Shown: positions 47,680-60,200 of the stretch, one piece after another
Position numbering within the stretch: the first letter of the stretch is position 1
How the letters are laid out: the number at the start of each line of letters is the position of its first letter
Assembly (NCBI RefSeq): GCF_963921235.1
Contig: NC_086108.1
Location: 72,480,001 to 72,544,000, forward strand
Direction: 5' to 3'
Length of the DNA: 64,000 nt
Origin: Mobula hypostoma
Lineage: Eukaryota
Translations under genes and position numbers: made by a program
Notes under the pieces: generated by a model
Databases searched by the model: none
What the model was told of the DNA's origin: nothing
What the model saw: the letters and a program-made list of their open reading frames with translations, nothing else

Positions 47680-48858
47680 ATTGGCGCCCTGTCACACTCA
47701 TCTCATTTATAAGCAAATGCTTTGAGAGGTTGGGTTAAAGATTATATCTACAGCATGCTACCACCCACACTGGACCCTCCACAATTTGCCTACCAATGGA
47801 ACCAGTCTACTGATGGTGCCATGGCCACAGCACTGCACACCGTCCTCACTCACCTGGAGAAGAGGAATGCTGTTCCTGGACTACAGTTCAGTATTCAACT
47901 CCATAATTCCCTCCAGACTTGACAGGAAGCTCAGAGAACTTGGCCTGCACCCCACCTTGTGCAGATGGATCCTGGACTTTCTATCAGATTGCTGACAGGT
48001 GGGAAGGATGAGCACCCTCACCTCTGCCCCTCTGACCCTCAACACAGGTGCCCCCAGGGTTGTGTCCCTTTACACCCACAACAGTGCTGCCGCACACAGC
48101 TTCAATCTGCTGATCAAATGTGCAGATGACACGACATTGATTGGCCTTATTTCTAGCAGTGACGAGACAGCCTACAGAGGAGAGGTTAACACCCTCTCCC
48201 TCAAAGTCCAAAAAAACAAAAGAGCTGATCGTGGATTACAGGAGGAATGGAGACAGGCTTGCCCCAATCAACGTCAACGTGAATGCAGTTGAGAGGGTGA
48301 GTAGCTTCAAGTTCCTCGGTATACACATCACCAAAGATCTCACCTGGACTGTACACACCGGCTGTGGGGCAACAAAAAAAGCACAACAGCATCTCTTCCA
48401 CCTCAGGGGACTGAAGTTCTGCACGAGCCTCCAAATCCTCAAGACCTTCTGCAGGGGCACCATTGAGAGCAACCTGACTGGCTGTATCACTGCCTGGTAC
48501 GGGAACTGCACCAACTTTGGTCGCTGGGCACTGCAGAGTGGTACAAACAGCCCAGCATATCTGTGGACATGAACTTCCCTCCATTGAGGAGATTTATAGC
48601 AGCAGGTGCATAAAGAAGGCCTGGAAGATCATCAGGGACACCAGTCACCCAAACCATAAACTGTTTCAGCTGCTTCCATCTGGGAAACGGTACCGCAGCA
48701 TTAAAGCCAGGACCAACAGGCTACGGGACTGCTTCTTTCTACAAGCCATTAGACTTATAAATGCACATGCCTGTACATTGCGACGGAGTCATTACAGAAA
48801 GATTTTTACTCCCTCACATTTGTGGGACAGATGTAAGATTTAAATAAATTCACATTCA
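47680..48858 (+). mobile_element. Rex1/Babar LINE, RT to 3' end
   Basis: [67 protein letters not shown]. Confidence 0.92.
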
Positions 48859-48994
48859 CAGTCTGAACTACCAATGCGGGTGGGTAGGGATGTGTGGAGC
48901 AGATGGGTAATGTGTTCCCTCTGATTCTATGGATTTCCATAGCTGAAGATACAAAATGAGAAGACTCCATCTAAAAATCACACAACAAAATCGG

Positions 48995-49360
48995 AATGTT
49001 TATTTATTCATTTCTGTCTTCAGAGGTACAGCACAGAACAGGCTCATCCAGTACAACAATCTGCACCACTCTGCAAGCTACCTATTTAACACTAGTCTAA
49101 TCGCAGGACAATTTACGATGACCTATTTAACACTAGTCTAATCGCAGGACAATTTACGATGACCTATTTAACACTAGTCTAATCGCAGGACAATTTACGA
49201 TGACGAATTAACCAGCTAACCAGTAGGTCTTTGGACTGTGGAAGGAAGCCTGAGCACCTGGAGGAAACCCACACAGTCGCTGGGAGAATGTACGAACTCC
49301 TTACAATTGGACTTTGAACTTCAAGTTGTAATAGTGCTGCGCTAACATATACCACTCGTA
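48995..49360 (-). mobile_element. V-SINE containing a tandem triplication
   Basis: Reverse-complement V-domain 'tttggactgtggaaggaagcctgagcacctggaggaaacccacacagtcgctgggagaatgtacgaactcc'. Confidence 0.75.
49080..49204. repeat. Perfect 41-bp tandem repeat, 3 copies
   Basis: acctatttaacactagtctaatcgcaggacaatttacgatg starting at 49080, 49121 and 49162. Confidence 0.97.
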
Positions 49361-52300
49361 TTGGGCTGAAGTTGAATGAATCCAGGTGGTGCAGTGTAAT
49401 TTTAAGAATAATTTGTGCTGTCTTATCACTGAGAAAATTCTTCTCATCTTTTTAGGCACTATTTTCAGTGCAAAGTCTCCCTAGGTAATATCAATACTCG
49501 GGCAAAAGGCAGAATTTTATCTCCAATGAGCTATTTCTGAAAAAAAACCAGTAGCTCCTGTGTACTCTCAGAACAAACAGCTCTTGTTAATCCCATTTCC
49601 AATAAAACCAATCTAATTTATGATTCAATGCCCAAATCCCATTCCTTATATTCACTGAGAGCTGTGATTTCCTGCACCTGCTAATACCTTCAAGAGGAGA
49701 AGTTTGAAAACTCATGAGGGAACACCAAGTAATTCCATTTTCAAAGACGCTTTAGGACACAGCTCATGATGCTGTATTCATCAAATTTACTGTTCATTCC
49801 TTTCATTCACTGCAGCAAATCTGATAGTGCAGTATTAACTTTGAAGTGTATTTGGGATAGAAAATTGTTCTCAGTTGCGTGCACTAGATGCATATATGGA
49901 GAAGCATATATGCACATTTTCTTCTGTGTCCAAAATTCAGGTCCAGGTATCAGAAATGGACTATAGCATGCAGCAATTACAGCATCTGGTTTAGCATGTG
50001 GCCAAGCACAAACTTCCAGTAACACAGTCTTGTTTAATTTGCCTCTATTAGAGTGATTTTTGGGTGTAGCACATTTACATTTAGCAAGTGACTTTGGCTA
50101 CCAGTCTTCACATCTGAATATGTATTGTGGATCTAGTTTGGAGAACAGCTCTGAACTATGGGTTCCTAAAAGCCATGAATTCCAGACCAGACAGTGCTGA
50201 TTAAAATTTATTTGCATGCGTGAGAATCAGGAGGTATGAAGTCTGTGTGTAGTTTTAAAGAAAGCATTGTAGATACATTGTAAATATGGAACTGTCTTTT
50301 GATGTTTAGCACATAAAATATTGAGCCGCACATTGGGCCTGCAGACCTTTTGAATGAAAACGTCTCTGTATAATGCCTGCTGTACCTTGTTTTGTTGAAT
50401 AAAGAAGCTGCTTTGTATCTACCAGTACTTTTTTCCAATGACTTCATTTATGCAACAACAGTCTCTTGCCTTTATTTGGGCTTTAATGTGGGGCAAAGAG
50501 ATGTCCATCTATTCTGTATGTGGTTATCTGATGAGTATATCCAGCACCACCATCTTCACCCATTAGATATTCCTGTTAATTAACAATATTTGTGTCATAA
50601 AATATGGTCACTACATTTTGCAATGTTAATTTAAGGTTATACTGAACAATTTGATACAGTGTAGTTCAAGCAAATAATTTCATATATACTCTATGTAGTG
50701 GGAGGATGAAATGAAAAACATTTAATTCGAGACTCCTTTTTAAATGAGAGATTAGCTGTTGGGAACATCACTTTCCTCAAAAATGGTTCAGATGCCTTTT
50801 ACAGTTAGCTGTGTTCCAGGAATGAAATGTGATTTGAGGGTGGGTTATGAAGGTGACTGAATTTTCCAGTAATACTATTTATGAAACGCACAGGGTTCCC
50901 AAAATTGGGCTGCCTAATCCCATTTACCCAGACTAAGGCACGATTTGTTGGTTTCTATTTTCAATCACAAGTCACAGCTGGTATTTATAGCATGACATGT
51001 TACTCAGCAAACTGTGTTGTGTTGTGGATGGGGGGGTGGTTGCAACACACATAGATGCATGCGGGGTAATCAGGTGATGAATTTAATCCTTGTGCAGTGC
51101 TGCTTTGAGCTCTGCTAGGGCTGTGATGATCCCACTAATGCCACTATGTCAACCGTAGTGTATAATTTGCTGGAAGAGCCCAGTCCAACCCTGTTCCCCA
51201 CCCCCCACACCACCACCACTAGGTATGCAGTTTAAAGAGATCCTCAATGATTTGAAATTAGAAAATAAACTGCTGGAGGAACCTGCTGACATGAACTTTC
51301 TCTTAGACGCTGACTATGTTCTGCCAGAGCTACCAACACAAGGGCACTTGTCATGCTCCAGCAAAGATTTGGATACTGTCCTAGGTCTAGATATGAACTA
51401 GGGTGTATCTTGTTGCATCCAGTACAACGTAGACACCGCATGGCTACAACAGTTGGAGGAAGAGGTAGAGGATCAAGGGAAGAGGTGGCAATTTTCATGC
51501 GTAAGAGGCTTTTCATCTGCACTAAGGAACATCAGAAACAACGGCAAGGCTCAGCGAACGAAACAGGCATTGGTCACATGGTGCAAAACATTCAAGCTTG
51601 TGCTGATAGGTGGCGAGAAGCGTCCATGTCCTACAAAAGATCAATGACTGTGTCAAACATTTCCATACTGTAGCCAAAAGCCCCACCAGATGCGTGCTTG
51701 GGAGAGAGAAGTCAGCTTGGAGTTGGGACAGGGTACAGATGGTTAGGTGGAAGGGTAGGGCTGAAATCTTGCTTAGAATTTGATATTGAGGCCAGCTTTT
51801 GTTCTATAGTGTGGGATGGTTGACGTTGTAAACATTGGAAGCAAAGTGTTTTTGATTAGAGTGCACAATGAGGCAGAGGAGGTAAATTACTTTGAAATGG
51901 CATGCAGCAAAAAAAAATCTTAAGATTTTTGCATGAAGCGATGAACAGCAGAGGTTATGCTGCCTGTACTTGCCAAAGTGATAGGGAGGTGGAAACAGGA
52001 ATCTTGTGTCTTACCAGCAGAATGTTTGACTAGTGTGGATTAGTTATGCTTTGCCATTCAGTTTTTGTTTACCACTATTGTCCGATTTCTTTACAAAGAT
52101 TTTAACTGATTAAAAATACTGAAATATATTTTGTCCACATTCATTTTCAGAGTTAAATGCTGTGTTTGAGCTATGGATGGTGCAGTGGCTGCAGGCTCTA
52201 TTTCTGTTTTCACCATTTGGAGGATGAGGCTTAGCACTACGAATGTCCTTTGGGAATCTCTCACTTGGATGCCTGGTAAATGGGATTCCTGCCACATTAC

Positions 52301-53629
52301 AGATGTCAATCAGCAAGCTAACATTTGGCATATATTTTCAAAATACTTGCAGGGCTGAAATATTTGTAGCTGGTTTTACACCTGACTTTAGAACCATGTT
52401 CAAATAACAGGTCGCTGTACACTAGACATTTAATTGTGAAACACCTTCTATCATTTTATCTACCTGAGTCACTTTGTTACCTGCAGGTAGGTTCAAACTC
52501 TGCCAGAAATTGGGCCAGCCTGTTCAGTTATGCTCCCTGTCTACCACAACAGACACAGCACAGGCAGGGTGAAGATGCTCAGCCACCAGGCCCTGGTTCC
52601 CTACGTTACGACCATTAATCTCTTCCTGGTAGACTCCTTCCACTGACCAGTCACCCACCTTGGGCAAAGTAAAATGGTTTGTTGCTGTGGGGTAACACAG
52701 CTAATGAAAAAATATACTTGATTTTCTAGAGAGTCTACCATGATGCTTAGTGCAATTAATCACTGTGTTCAATCAGTCTGTGATTAATTATACCAGGCAA
52801 GGCAAAGCTATGAAGCTGAAATCCCTCCAGACCACAGGCATTTTTAAGCTCAGTGCTGTTAAAGTCCAAGCTCTAACAAGTGAATATGACAGGCAGACGA
52901 AAGTCATTCAGACATGATCCACACTCATGACTCGGCATCTTGTAAACCCATAGCCCAGAAATATTCTAACAGAGTTCACTTGGTTTTAGTAGCCCTGAAT
53001 AGAATAAGCTCCAGGCGACAATGCTCTCCTTCACTGTTAAAATACTTGTGCTTTACAAGGTGCAAGCCTAGCCTTGAACAAAAAGCCAGCTGCAAAAGCA
53101 GCATGCCCCCAAAAAATCGTGGAGAAACTAGAAACCCTGAGCAGGTCAGGCAGCACCTGTGGAAAGAGGAGTGGTTCACAGTTCAGCTCATCAAATGAGC
53201 TCTTTTCTGAAGCTGTGGTGAGTTAGCATACTCTGAACAAGATTGCAGTGTGTAGATCAGATTCACACTGCACTATGCCCAACAGCATACCTGTTCTGAC
53301 TCATGCACGGCTCTTGGCTGTCTGTCCTCAGTATGTCAAACTAAAATCGTATTTTGCTACGTAGGTAGTTTGGCTCCCTTGTTATGTAATAGAAGTCAAT
53401 CCAGTCAAACTGAATCTATACTGCTGTAACAAAATAGGGTTTAGTTTTAAACCTATCTGAGTAATCAGTGGCAATTGCTTCTGTGGGATTGTGTTTTGAC
53501 ATTCTACTTCTACTGGAGAGCTTCTGAAGTTGGAATAAATCATGTGTTTTACATAATTATGAATGTCTTTTTTTATTCTGAGTATTCTCCAGTAAATATG
53601 CAGAAATATTGATATGTCACATATATGTT

Positions 53630-53935
53630 GGCATGTGGCCAAGTGGTTAAGGCGTTCGTCTAGTGATTTGAAGGTTGCTAATTTGAGCCTTGGCTGAGGC
53701 AGTGTGTGTGTCCTTGAGCAAGGCACTTAATCACACATTGCTCTGCGACGACACCGGTGCCAAGCTGTATGGGTCCTAATGCCCTTCCCTCGGACAACTT
53801 CGGTGGCGTGGAGAGGGGAGACTTGCAGCATGGGCAACTGCTGGTCTTCCATACAACCTTGCCCAGGCCTGCGCTTTGGAAACCTTCCAAGGCGCAAATC
53901 CATGGTCCCATGAGACGAATGGGTGCCTATAATAA
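53630..53935 (+). mobile_element. tRNA-derived SINE with RTE-like body
   Basis: A box TGGCCAAGTGG, decayed B box, 'tgtgtccttgagcaaggcacttaa' core, taataa end. Confidence 0.8.
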
Positions 53936-53939
53936 ACCA

Positions 53940-54450
53940 TTGGTGGTTGTCTGCCATGTCTGATGATGACAGGAAAGCCTGTGCGGGAGTTTTGAAAGTG
54001 GAAAAGCCATTGCACTCTCTTGACCTTAGAAGTCCAAGTCAAGTGGTATCAGCAAAGGCAACAAACAGGATCTTGGTTGTAGCGAACGACCATGATGTCT
54101 CCTGTGTCATGTCATGCCCTTCACTCTCCATGGAGTGTTGTAGTACCACTTTCCTGCCATTTGGATCTCATCCGCCCAGTCGGCCAGAGCCAACTTTACA
54201 TGCTGGGGCAGGCATGTCCCTAACTCACTGGGGTATGAAGCTACCAGCTCCCCACATCTGGTTTAGCCTGCCTGTCGAAGTGGTGGATCGGGGTGTGGCC
54301 ACTGTCACATGTGAACAAGTACTTGGAGCCACAGGTGACAGCTGCGTGTCTGGTGGGGACTAAAGGTGAGTGAGCTGCCCCAGAATGGATATGACAAGTT
54401 CCTTCACCAGAGGTGCTACCCCCTGCTGGACAGCCCATACACCACACATA
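53940..54450 (-). mobile_element. RTE-derived non-autonomous element (5'UTR-like plus 3' piece)
   Basis: GC-rich block with RTE-5'UTR-like phrases as I recall them ('ggctaaaccag', 'tgtaaagttggctctggc'); family assignment tentative. Confidence 0.45.
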
Positions 54451-56164
54451 ATCAAAATTATTGTTATTTGTCATAAAGTAGAAATTCCATTATTTAAAAA
54501 TATTAATAAAATATATTACTGTGCAACAATGACGCTAGTGATGTTTCTGATAACTTGATAACTATTTGGCTCTTCTGTATTGTCTTCAATCTTCCTAACA
54601 ACATCTGATCCACTTAAAATAATATTCCTCACATTATTTTTCTATGGTTAAAAAATGAAGTTAGTTGCATTGCCTTTTTGTATGATGACCTGTACTGCAT
54701 TATTCACACCTGTTGGGCACGTTGAGATAGTGTCTAATTACAGATGCGTGACTTGAAAAATTTAGCCAGGATTTACAGAAATTTGCAGATGTGACCATCA
54801 CATTTTGTACATTTGTCTTTAGACCATAAGACATATGCCAGATTTTGTGATAATACTTCAAGAAATGTAGTTTGAGAAATCAGGGGCAGTGTATGCTTTA
54901 AATCAGCACAGAATTGACAAAAAAAAGACACACTTTTTATACTTGTTCGGACATGGGGTTCAAAATGCAGATTGTACTATTTTATTGTGGGATAACTATC
55001 TAGAGTAAATTTGTTCATCTGCTGAATTTAAAATGTAGAGATCATTTAAGAGAATAAATCACCAAATTATTACAAGTTGGTGTGTAGAGCACTGTCTGCT
55101 TTGTAATAAAATTTTTACTTGGAAGCTAATTGTTAAATATAGTCTGATGCTCACCATATTAACTCTGAAATTCACGATTTTGCTTCTGAGTTGTAAATGC
55201 AGATGATGTGTTAATGCCTGGAAACAGTTGAACATGCTGTGCTAGACTTGAAAGGAACAGTGAATGCATGAACACAAGTTCTACAATATTCTGCATGGCC
55301 TGCGGAGCAGTTCACTGAGAAACAGCTGCAGTTAGGTGGTCTGTAACTTTAAAAACTTGCACCTCATTAAGACTCTCCCTCAGGAGTGCCCCATCTCTGT
55401 TCCACTCAAAGGCAATCCTAAAACTGCCAAAAGAAATCAAACTTCACTCCCACCAACCCGACTGTGACATCAACTGCCTCCATTTACACTGCGAAGGCAA
55501 GATGGGAGTGAATATATTCCTGGAAATTCAAGGCGTATGCAAAATAGGCATGAGTTGGCAATGGTAAATTAGGAAAATACATTAAAAAATGACTAACACT
55601 TAAAGAGCAAACACATATTAAATAATGTAAATCCCTATAAAAGGTAAATTGGTCTATCTATGGCTTAAAGTGAGACCTCTTATTTTTTTTTACGCCTATT
55701 CATCACATTTGCACCCTTTGATAGTAAAATAGAAAGTTGCAGAATTTTTTAAATGCTGAAAGACTGAAATTTGCCAGAGATCAAAGGGACCTATGTGCCC
55801 TTGTGTAAATTTAACTTTCAGATACAAGAAATATGGAAGGTGGATGCTGGGTTGAGCTTTATCACAAGAGAAGTGGAGGAGAATGGAATTGTCTTATAGT
55901 TGAGCTCTGGTGAGACTGATCTGGAATACTGTGTACAGGTGCGATCCTGCAGTCCACGTCAAGATAGGAGGAGAGCAGATGAATGTTACAAATCTGTGTG
56001 CTGAGAAAACACTGAATACTGAAGGTTTCTTAACTTGTATATAGAGTAATGTGGCATATTTGTGTTTTTTTTAATTAGACAATCTCTTTTTTTCCTTTAT
56101 GTCATCATTCTCACCAAACATAAAAACCACATAACCTTGTCTAAAAAAGGTTAGTGGGATTATT

Positions 56165-57202
56165 AAAAACGCAAACAGGAGGAAATCTGCAGATGCTGGA
56201 ATTTCAAGCAACACACATAAAAGTTGCTGGAGAACACAGCAAGCCAGGCAGCATCTCCAGGAAGAGGTACAGTTGACGTTTTGGGCCGAGACCATTCGTT
56301 AGGACTAACTGAAAGAAGAGCTAGTAAGAGATTTGAAAGGGGGAGGGGGAGATCCAAAATGATAAGAGAAGACAGGAGGGGGAGGGATGAAGCCAAGAGC
56401 TGGACAGTTGATTGGCAAAAGGGACATGAGAGGATCATGGGATGGGAGGCGTAGGGAGAAAAAAAGGGGGAGAGGGGAAGCCCAGAGGTTGGGCAAGGAG
56501 TACAGTGAGAGGGACAGAGGGAGAAAAAGAGAGAGAGAAAAAAATAATAATAGTAAGTAAATAACGGATGGGGTACGAAGGGGAGGTGGGGCATGAACGG
56601 AAGACATATAGCCAGAGAAAGCAGGATCTCCCAGTGGCCACACATTTTAATTCCACATCCCATTTCCATTCTGATATGTCTATCCACGGCCTCCTCTACT
56701 GTCAAGATGAAGCCACACTCAGGTTGGAGGAACAACACCTTATATTCCGTCTGGGTAGCCTCCAACCTGATGGCATGAACATTGACTTCTCAAACTTTCG
56801 CGCTATTGCCCCACCTCCCCTTCATACCCCATCCGTTATTTATCTATCTATTTATTTATTATATATTTTTTCTCTCTCTGTTTTTCTCCCTCTGTCCCTC
56901 TCACTATACTCCTTGCTCATCCTCTGGGATTTCCCCCTTCCCCTTTCTTTCTCCTTAGGCCTTCCGTCCCATGATCCTTTCATATCCCTTTTGCCAATCA
57001 ACTTTCCAGCTCTTGGCTTCATCCCTTCCCCTCCTGTCTTCTCCTATCATTTTGGATCTCCTCCTCCCCCTCCCACTTTCAAATCTCTTACTATCTCTTC
57101 CTTCAGTTAGTCCTGACGAAGGGTCTCAGCCCGAAACGTCGACTGTACCTCCTCCTAGAGATGCTGCCTGGCCTGCTGCGTTCACTAGCAACTTTTATAT
57201 GC
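56165..57202 (+). mobile_element. Penelope-like element insertion with long inverted terminal repeats
   Basis: 15-bp TSD gttagtgggattatt (56150-56164 / 57203-57217); 56165-~56595 is an inverted copy of the repeat at ~56805-57202; GIY-YIG C-terminus DLPVATHFNS...RLEEQHLIFRLGSLQPDGMNIDFSNF between the arms. Confidence 0.95.
57108..57145 (+). ncRNA. Minimal type I hammerhead ribozyme (intact core) in PLE terminal repeat
   Basis: Stem I tagtc/gactg; CUGACGA (57113-57119); extra A; stem II gggu-cuca-gccc; GAAA (57133-57136); palindromic ACGU in place of stem III; GUC triplet ending at 57140. Confidence 0.8.
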
Positions 57203-60200
57203 GTTAGTGGGATTATTGTGTGTTTTAAAGTGTGATGGTAGCTGAGATTAATCATTGACTTTTGTGCGAGATTCTTTTGAAATCCAGAATCTTTGAAAGG
57301 ATTAACGATGATTGGTAAGATGATCCCTGCCAGTTCTGTTGTACGTCCTTACTTTGGAAGTTGTGTGGTAATCAGTGGGTAGGTAGAGTCTTCCTGCTTC
57401 TGTGGTCCTGACTGATACAAATAACTCCCAACATGGATGGAAATTCATCGTGCAGAACCACACCATATTGAGCTCATTTCAGCACGTTGACCTGGCAACA
57501 CACCATCATGTTGAATCACCACAACTGGTATTGAGCCCGATATTTTGGCCAGCAACATTCTTCTTCTTTGCTTGCAATGTCACTGTGGCATTATCACACA
57601 CTGCAGATTGCCAGGGGAAATAATGGATATGGAAAATAGGATGACTCCGCAAAGAAAATATATGCAAAATAGCAACAGAAGAACTAATGTGTGTTCAAGG
57701 AATGCAACTGAGTGACTTATTACATGACCTATCACTGGAAAAGATTTTGACCAGGACTATGATGTAATTCAAGAGCCTTTCAGTAAACTATTAATTCAGT
57801 AACTATATTAGAAACAAAATCTTTTACATTCAGCATTCTGTTAATGTGTTTCTGTCGACAGCTTGGAAGTATTTTCTTTCTGTCTCCAATGCATAATTAA
57901 AAGAGTCATAAAACTGTATGAGAAAGGTTGGTATAATCACAATAAAATCATAAAATGGGAAGAAAATAAAGTTCCACTGTGAACTCTCTCCCTGGTTTTA
58001 AGATCCCTTAGGAACATAAAATGAAATGTATCCAGTCCATGATATTCAGGTAGAGGACAGGCAGCAGCAGTCTTGTACATAATGATTTGAAACATGCCAT
58101 TTACAGCTGTCTACTTTGCACTTCTAATTGAATAAAAGCATTTGAGTCTGATGGATGACACTGAAGATAGAATCTGTCAAGCATCTGCTGTCTTGCATTC
58201 CCAGTACAGACAAGCACAGCCCAGTTCTGCAGTTAAATACACAGCTATTTAAGGCGAGAAGATACTTGTGGAATTTGAACTGGTTGCTGCCCTTCGTGTT
58301 TCGGATGACTTGGTTGGTCCTTAGAAGGACAAAGAGAGGATTCTTGCCAGGGATAGGGGGTACTATTCAGGTCTATCAATTGGTGCATCTCTATAATTCA
58401 TCTCTATAATCAATGAAATATTCTGCTATTCAGTTGACGGTGGCCAAAATGGACTTGGCTCTGGGTGGTGTTTGTATTACCCTTTATAAATTATTAGCTA
58501 TTCCTGTAGCACTTTTGTGTTCATGTGTGTTATTGGAATAAGATCCTAATGTGCGAGATCAGTTTTCCTGGAGGTGTCTTGCTTTTATCTCGAGTGTTAC
58601 TATAAATCAGCTTTTGACAGCCTGTCTAGTAATGGCAGACATTAGCTAAGAAGTTAAATTTGGAATCAAGATATATAAAAATAATTTACTAAATTCTGAA
58701 AGGTATTAATAAGACTGCTTGTGGCATGGTGGCCTTTTAAATATACTTCATAAGGTTTCATATCATAATATGATACTGTGTTATGATAAAAATGTTAATC
58801 CTTCAGGAAGTGGGTCAATGACATGATCAATAAACTGTCCTTCATCTCATCAGCCATGTTTGAATTCAGACCTGAGCAATCTGTTCTCTATTGATTGTGA
58901 ATCAGGCATTTCAGCATATAATTCAATCTATTTTCTAATGAATGAATGCAAGTATAAATTTGTGTATGTTTCACAAGCTGAACAAACTGGAAAATCATGA
59001 CGATAACTGGTGTGGGAAATGTAAGTGCCCAACTACGGAATAGAAATAGAACCATAACACACAGGTTGATTACCCATCCTGTCTGAACTTGGTCTTGGAA
59101 AATGAGAGATGAATCTATTATCCACAAGTTTTTAGAAATGATTTTAAACTTATGATTACTTACCCACTCACCAAGGAAACTGCTATTTTTTATACTTCAT
59201 TAAAATGTCTGCCAGTTCACCTCTTCATGTTCTCTGTTTCAGAGGGATAATCCAAACCTCTTTCCCAGCCTCATCTCATAACTTGTGTCCCTCTTCCCCT
59301 GCCGTGTCCTGGTAAGCCTTCTCATACATCGCTCCACCTGTGGCTCCCAGAATCAGCCAGTTACACTCCAGTGGACCCTAACAACTGACCTATAAATTTC
59401 TAGCATGATGTCTTTAATTTTGTTTTCCCACGTTACTCAAAGTAGGTAATCAATTTTATTTTGTAATAACCTTATCAATTCCTCTGTGAAATTCACCGAA
59501 GTCTTTTTACTTTGTGAGAGGTTAGAGAGAAATTGCAGAAATCTCTGTGGAAATGTTTGCTTTCTTGTTCACTACTGGTGAAATTCCTGAAGCCTGGAAA
59601 AAAATCTCATGTTGTTTAAGAAGGGTAGCAAGGACGAGCCAGGAATCTTCGGGTCGATCAGCCTTTGAGTAATGTCATGAAGAACCTTAGCAGTGATGCG
59701 GACTGCAATAATTGGCCTCTGGTAGCATGATCCTCTTTCTATTAGTCCAGCTGTCTCAGCTTGGACCATCATCCCCCAGAAGTTATTGGGAAATAATTTG
59801 CGTGGGTGAACTGCATTGGTTCAAGATAGATCTAGTTGTCAGGTGGCTTGCTTTGTCACTTCAGTGAGCGAATTAGAGTCAGGTGCTTTGTATCAGATAT
59901 GAACCAACTGTGGGCAAAGAGGCGATAGTCGATATTCTCAAAGGACCAAAGCGGCTTAGAGATGACCTTTATTTAACCCCACCAGGGACAAATATATTGA
60001 ACTAATTTCCTCACATCTCTTTGACAATTTGGACTCTCAATATCAGAGCTACTTGTCCAGTAGCGTGATCGGCCCCCACTACCCTTGCAGTGTGGGCTTT
60101 AAAAGGCTTAATGCTTTGTATGTGGTTCAGTAAATGTCTCATTAATCAAATGAATCACCAGATCGTTTACTTTTAATGTTTTCCAGCTGCAAATTTTTTT

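Noticed and set aside
49080..49204. CRISPR-like array
   Set aside because: Units are contiguous with no spacers, there are no cas genes, and the context is a eukaryotic SINE
51353..51673. 106-aa ORF with MLQQRF, faintly like a Harbinger transposase C-terminus
   Set aside because: Similarity is limited to a few residues; no TIRs or other motifs
53630..53705. tRNA gene
   Set aside because: A/B boxes lead into a SINE body; no proper cloverleaf or terminator
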